From Felis catus (taxonomy: Eukaryota), in the NCBI RefSeq assembly GCF_018350175.1, contig NC_058368.1:214026001-214090000 (forward strand): 64,000 nt of DNA, read 5' to 3'. A program made the translations under genes and the position numbers. Below are positions 61,951 through 64,000 of this stretch, piece by piece. Below the pieces are notes generated by a model. The model saw nothing but the letters and a program-made list of their open reading frames with translations. It did no database searches and had not been told where the DNA came from. The first letter of the stretch is position 1; every line of letters starts with the position of its first letter.

Positions 61951-62069
61951 GTTAAAGCGTGCTTTGATTATAGACTTTTTCTGAAGGATATCCAGTGTTG
62001 CCATTTTCAAGCGTGCGATTGTAAAACTGTATACATTGTCGTTTGCTGCCAGACAGCATCCTCCTGCCT

Positions 62070-62640
62070 CATTCATCCCAGCCATTCAGGGCGTTTTACT
62101 AACTATTTATGTAGTGCCTACTTTGTGCCAGCTATAGTTCTAGACACTATCAATGAAAAACATTGATCAAGAGCCCCGTCCTAATGAGGTGGGCAGAGGT
62201 GGCTGTGGTGGTGGATGGAGATCTTGAAAAACAAATAATGTGTCTAATAAATAAGGAAATCATTAGAAGGTGATATGTGCAGTGGAAACAAAAAGTTGAT
62301 CAGAGAAAGGAGGATGAGGAGCACTTCTGTGTATGATTGAGGGGCCGTGTGTTTAAGAGGAGTGACATTTGAGCAAAGATCTGGGGAATTAATTATCTGA
62401 GGAGCTGTCGGGTGAGGGGGACAGAGCTGGAAGAAAGGCTGGGGTGCAAAGGTGCCTAGAGTATTTGAGAAACAGCCTGGAGACGCTATGGCTGCACCTG
62501 AGGGGGCCCAGGAGAGGAGAGGAGGAGGGCACGGCCTGTCACGTGGAGCCTGGAGGCTTCTGTATATCTTCACTTTACCCTGAGGTGCGGGAGGGTGGAA
62601 AATTGCAGGGCATGCTCATAGTCTACGCTTTTTTCCGGAT
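62070..62640 (-). mobile_element. L2 3' fragment
   Basis: CATTCATCC..GTGCCTACTTTGTGCCAG..GTGACATTTGAGCAAAGATCTG..GTGCAAAGG. Confidence 0.7.
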
Positions 62641-63423
62641 TCCCGTGTGACCAATGACAAGGTTTTGCAAAACAAAGGACTGTAACTGAGGATGGCCTCT
62701 GGGGTTAGAGAATAGAATCAAGACAACTGTCTTGGAAAGAATTAAACCTGTATGTACAATGGTTTGTGCCACCATTTAAGGCAAGATAGCAGGCATTTAT
62801 CACTTCCTAATTCTTCCCCGGCTTAGGTTATCTGTATCTTTTATTTTAGTCCTATGCACACCCAGAAGTGCGATTGCCTGGAAGAGAGAGGGCACATTTG
62901 GTGAATCAGAGGCATTCATTCACTGCCTAATTCTCCTACAGCTACGACTGCCTGTACTTTTCTTCTTAGCCCAATGTACATCTGAACAGAAATTTTGGAA
63001 AGGAGATCTTTCTCAAAGCTAACTTTTATAAACTGAAGATGTGAGTTCTAAGCATGTGGAGCAAAAAAAAAATACATTCTGAGAAAGTAATAGCTTTCTT
63101 CCCAGTGACTGACCTCTTCCCTTTTCTCAATCCCCTGAGGCCAGAGGATAGTGGTGAGATTTTGAGTGGGGAATGCTTGGACCAACCTGTGTTCAAATCC
63201 CATCATAAAGCTAGAAGGTAGCAAGGCACTTGAAATCAGCCTGCTTAGGCTCACTTAAATGATTTCACCTTTTTAAGTGTGTTTCCTTCTGTAAAAGAGA
63301 GGCACTAACACAGTGGCCAGTGCTGTCGTCAGGAATGAGTTAATAAATGTAACAGTTGTGCAGACTGTAAAGCACCACAGAGACACGAGATGTAGTAGTT
63401 GTTTTCAGTGTCGTTTTATTTTT

Positions 63424-63645
63424 TTATTTTTATTTTTTATGTTTATTTATTTTTGAGAGAGAGTGAGAGAGAGCAAGAGCACAGGAGAAGTACAGAGAGA
63501 GGGAGACAGACAGACAGACAGAGGATCCGAAGCAGGCTCTGTGCTGACAGCAGAGAGCCCAATGTGGGGCTTGAACTCACGAACCATGAGATCGTGACCT
63601 GAGCTGAAGTAGGAAGCTTAGCCGACTGAGCCACCCAGGAGCCCC
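63424..63645 (-). mobile_element. Can-SINE in the CDH6 last intron (sense to CDH6)
   Basis: Body ending GAGCCACCCAGGAGCCCC; TSD TGTCGTTTTATTTTT (63409) and TGTTGTTTTATTTTT (63646). Confidence 0.94.
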
Positions 63646-64000
63646 TGTTGTTTTATTTTTGTAAATAAAATAAGAGATGCCACATGATCCACTTTATTGA
63701 CTGTAGGTTTCCTCCTCTATCGTTGTGGCTTCCCTTCTCTTACAAAACCTGAGGTTTGTTTCCACCTTCTTCAATGGTCTCGTTTTCAGTTCGGGCTCTT
63801 TCAGCCTGGAAATTACCTTACATTCTGTGAGCTCACAGAGAAAGTAGAGAGCAATGTGGAAGCCCTGAGGCTCAGGGGGAGAAGACCGGCGTTTTGTACT
63901 TTGTCCCACCACCTGTTAGCTGTGTGAGTCGGCTACATGACTGCACATCTTAGAGCCTCAGTACTCTAATTTGAGATGCAGATAAATACATACCAGATGG

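Larger units (their letters stand above)
60511..64000 (-). other. CDH6: CDH6 last intron (partial; upstream exon outside the window)
   Basis: Acceptor with pyrimidine tract and candidate branch point (TTAAC at ~60549-60545); no cadherin-coding exon seen up to 64000. Confidence 0.85.

Noticed and set aside
1988..63645. tRNA-like A/B boxes and SINE strand bias (10 of 13 on the - strand)
   Set aside because: The boxes belong to tRNA-derived Can-SINEs, not tRNA genes; the sample is too small for the bias to be meaningful.
1..64000. A novel multi-gene system, operon, CRISPR array or intact viral/transposon ORF
   Set aside because: None seen; the only supported coding sequence is the DROSHA and CDH6 gene ends.

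Overview
Mammalian genomic DNA from a felid, judged by its SINEC_Fc-type Can-SINEs (most likely domestic cat). The window spans the convergent, tail-to-tail interval between two genes. Bases 1-14 are the last codons of DROSHA (...D-I-K-K-stop, + strand), followed by its short 3' UTR with two AATAAA signals. At the far end, on the - strand, are the terminal coding exon of CDH6 (cadherin-6, 60020-60510), an inferred ~5.5 kb 3' UTR (to ~54480) and part of the last intron. The ~54 kb in between is non-coding and holds Can-SINEs (13 in the whole window), MIR, L2, L1 fragments, MLT1-type LTRs, hAT MERs and microsatellites. The other ORFs in the track appear spurious. I see no evidence of a new multi-gene system. 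The most unusual structure is at 15.2-17.2 kb, where a ~190 bp segment is a mosaic of one direct and one inverted copy of sequence 1.2-1.7 kb downstream, as expected from template switching. Other points of interest are a CpG-rich island on the CDH6 last exon, candidate enhancer/CTCF motif clusters, and young SINEs with intact TSDs. Gene identities rest on recalled human sequence and old-repeat names on recalled consensus; no database searches were run. Boundaries of old repeats are approximate.
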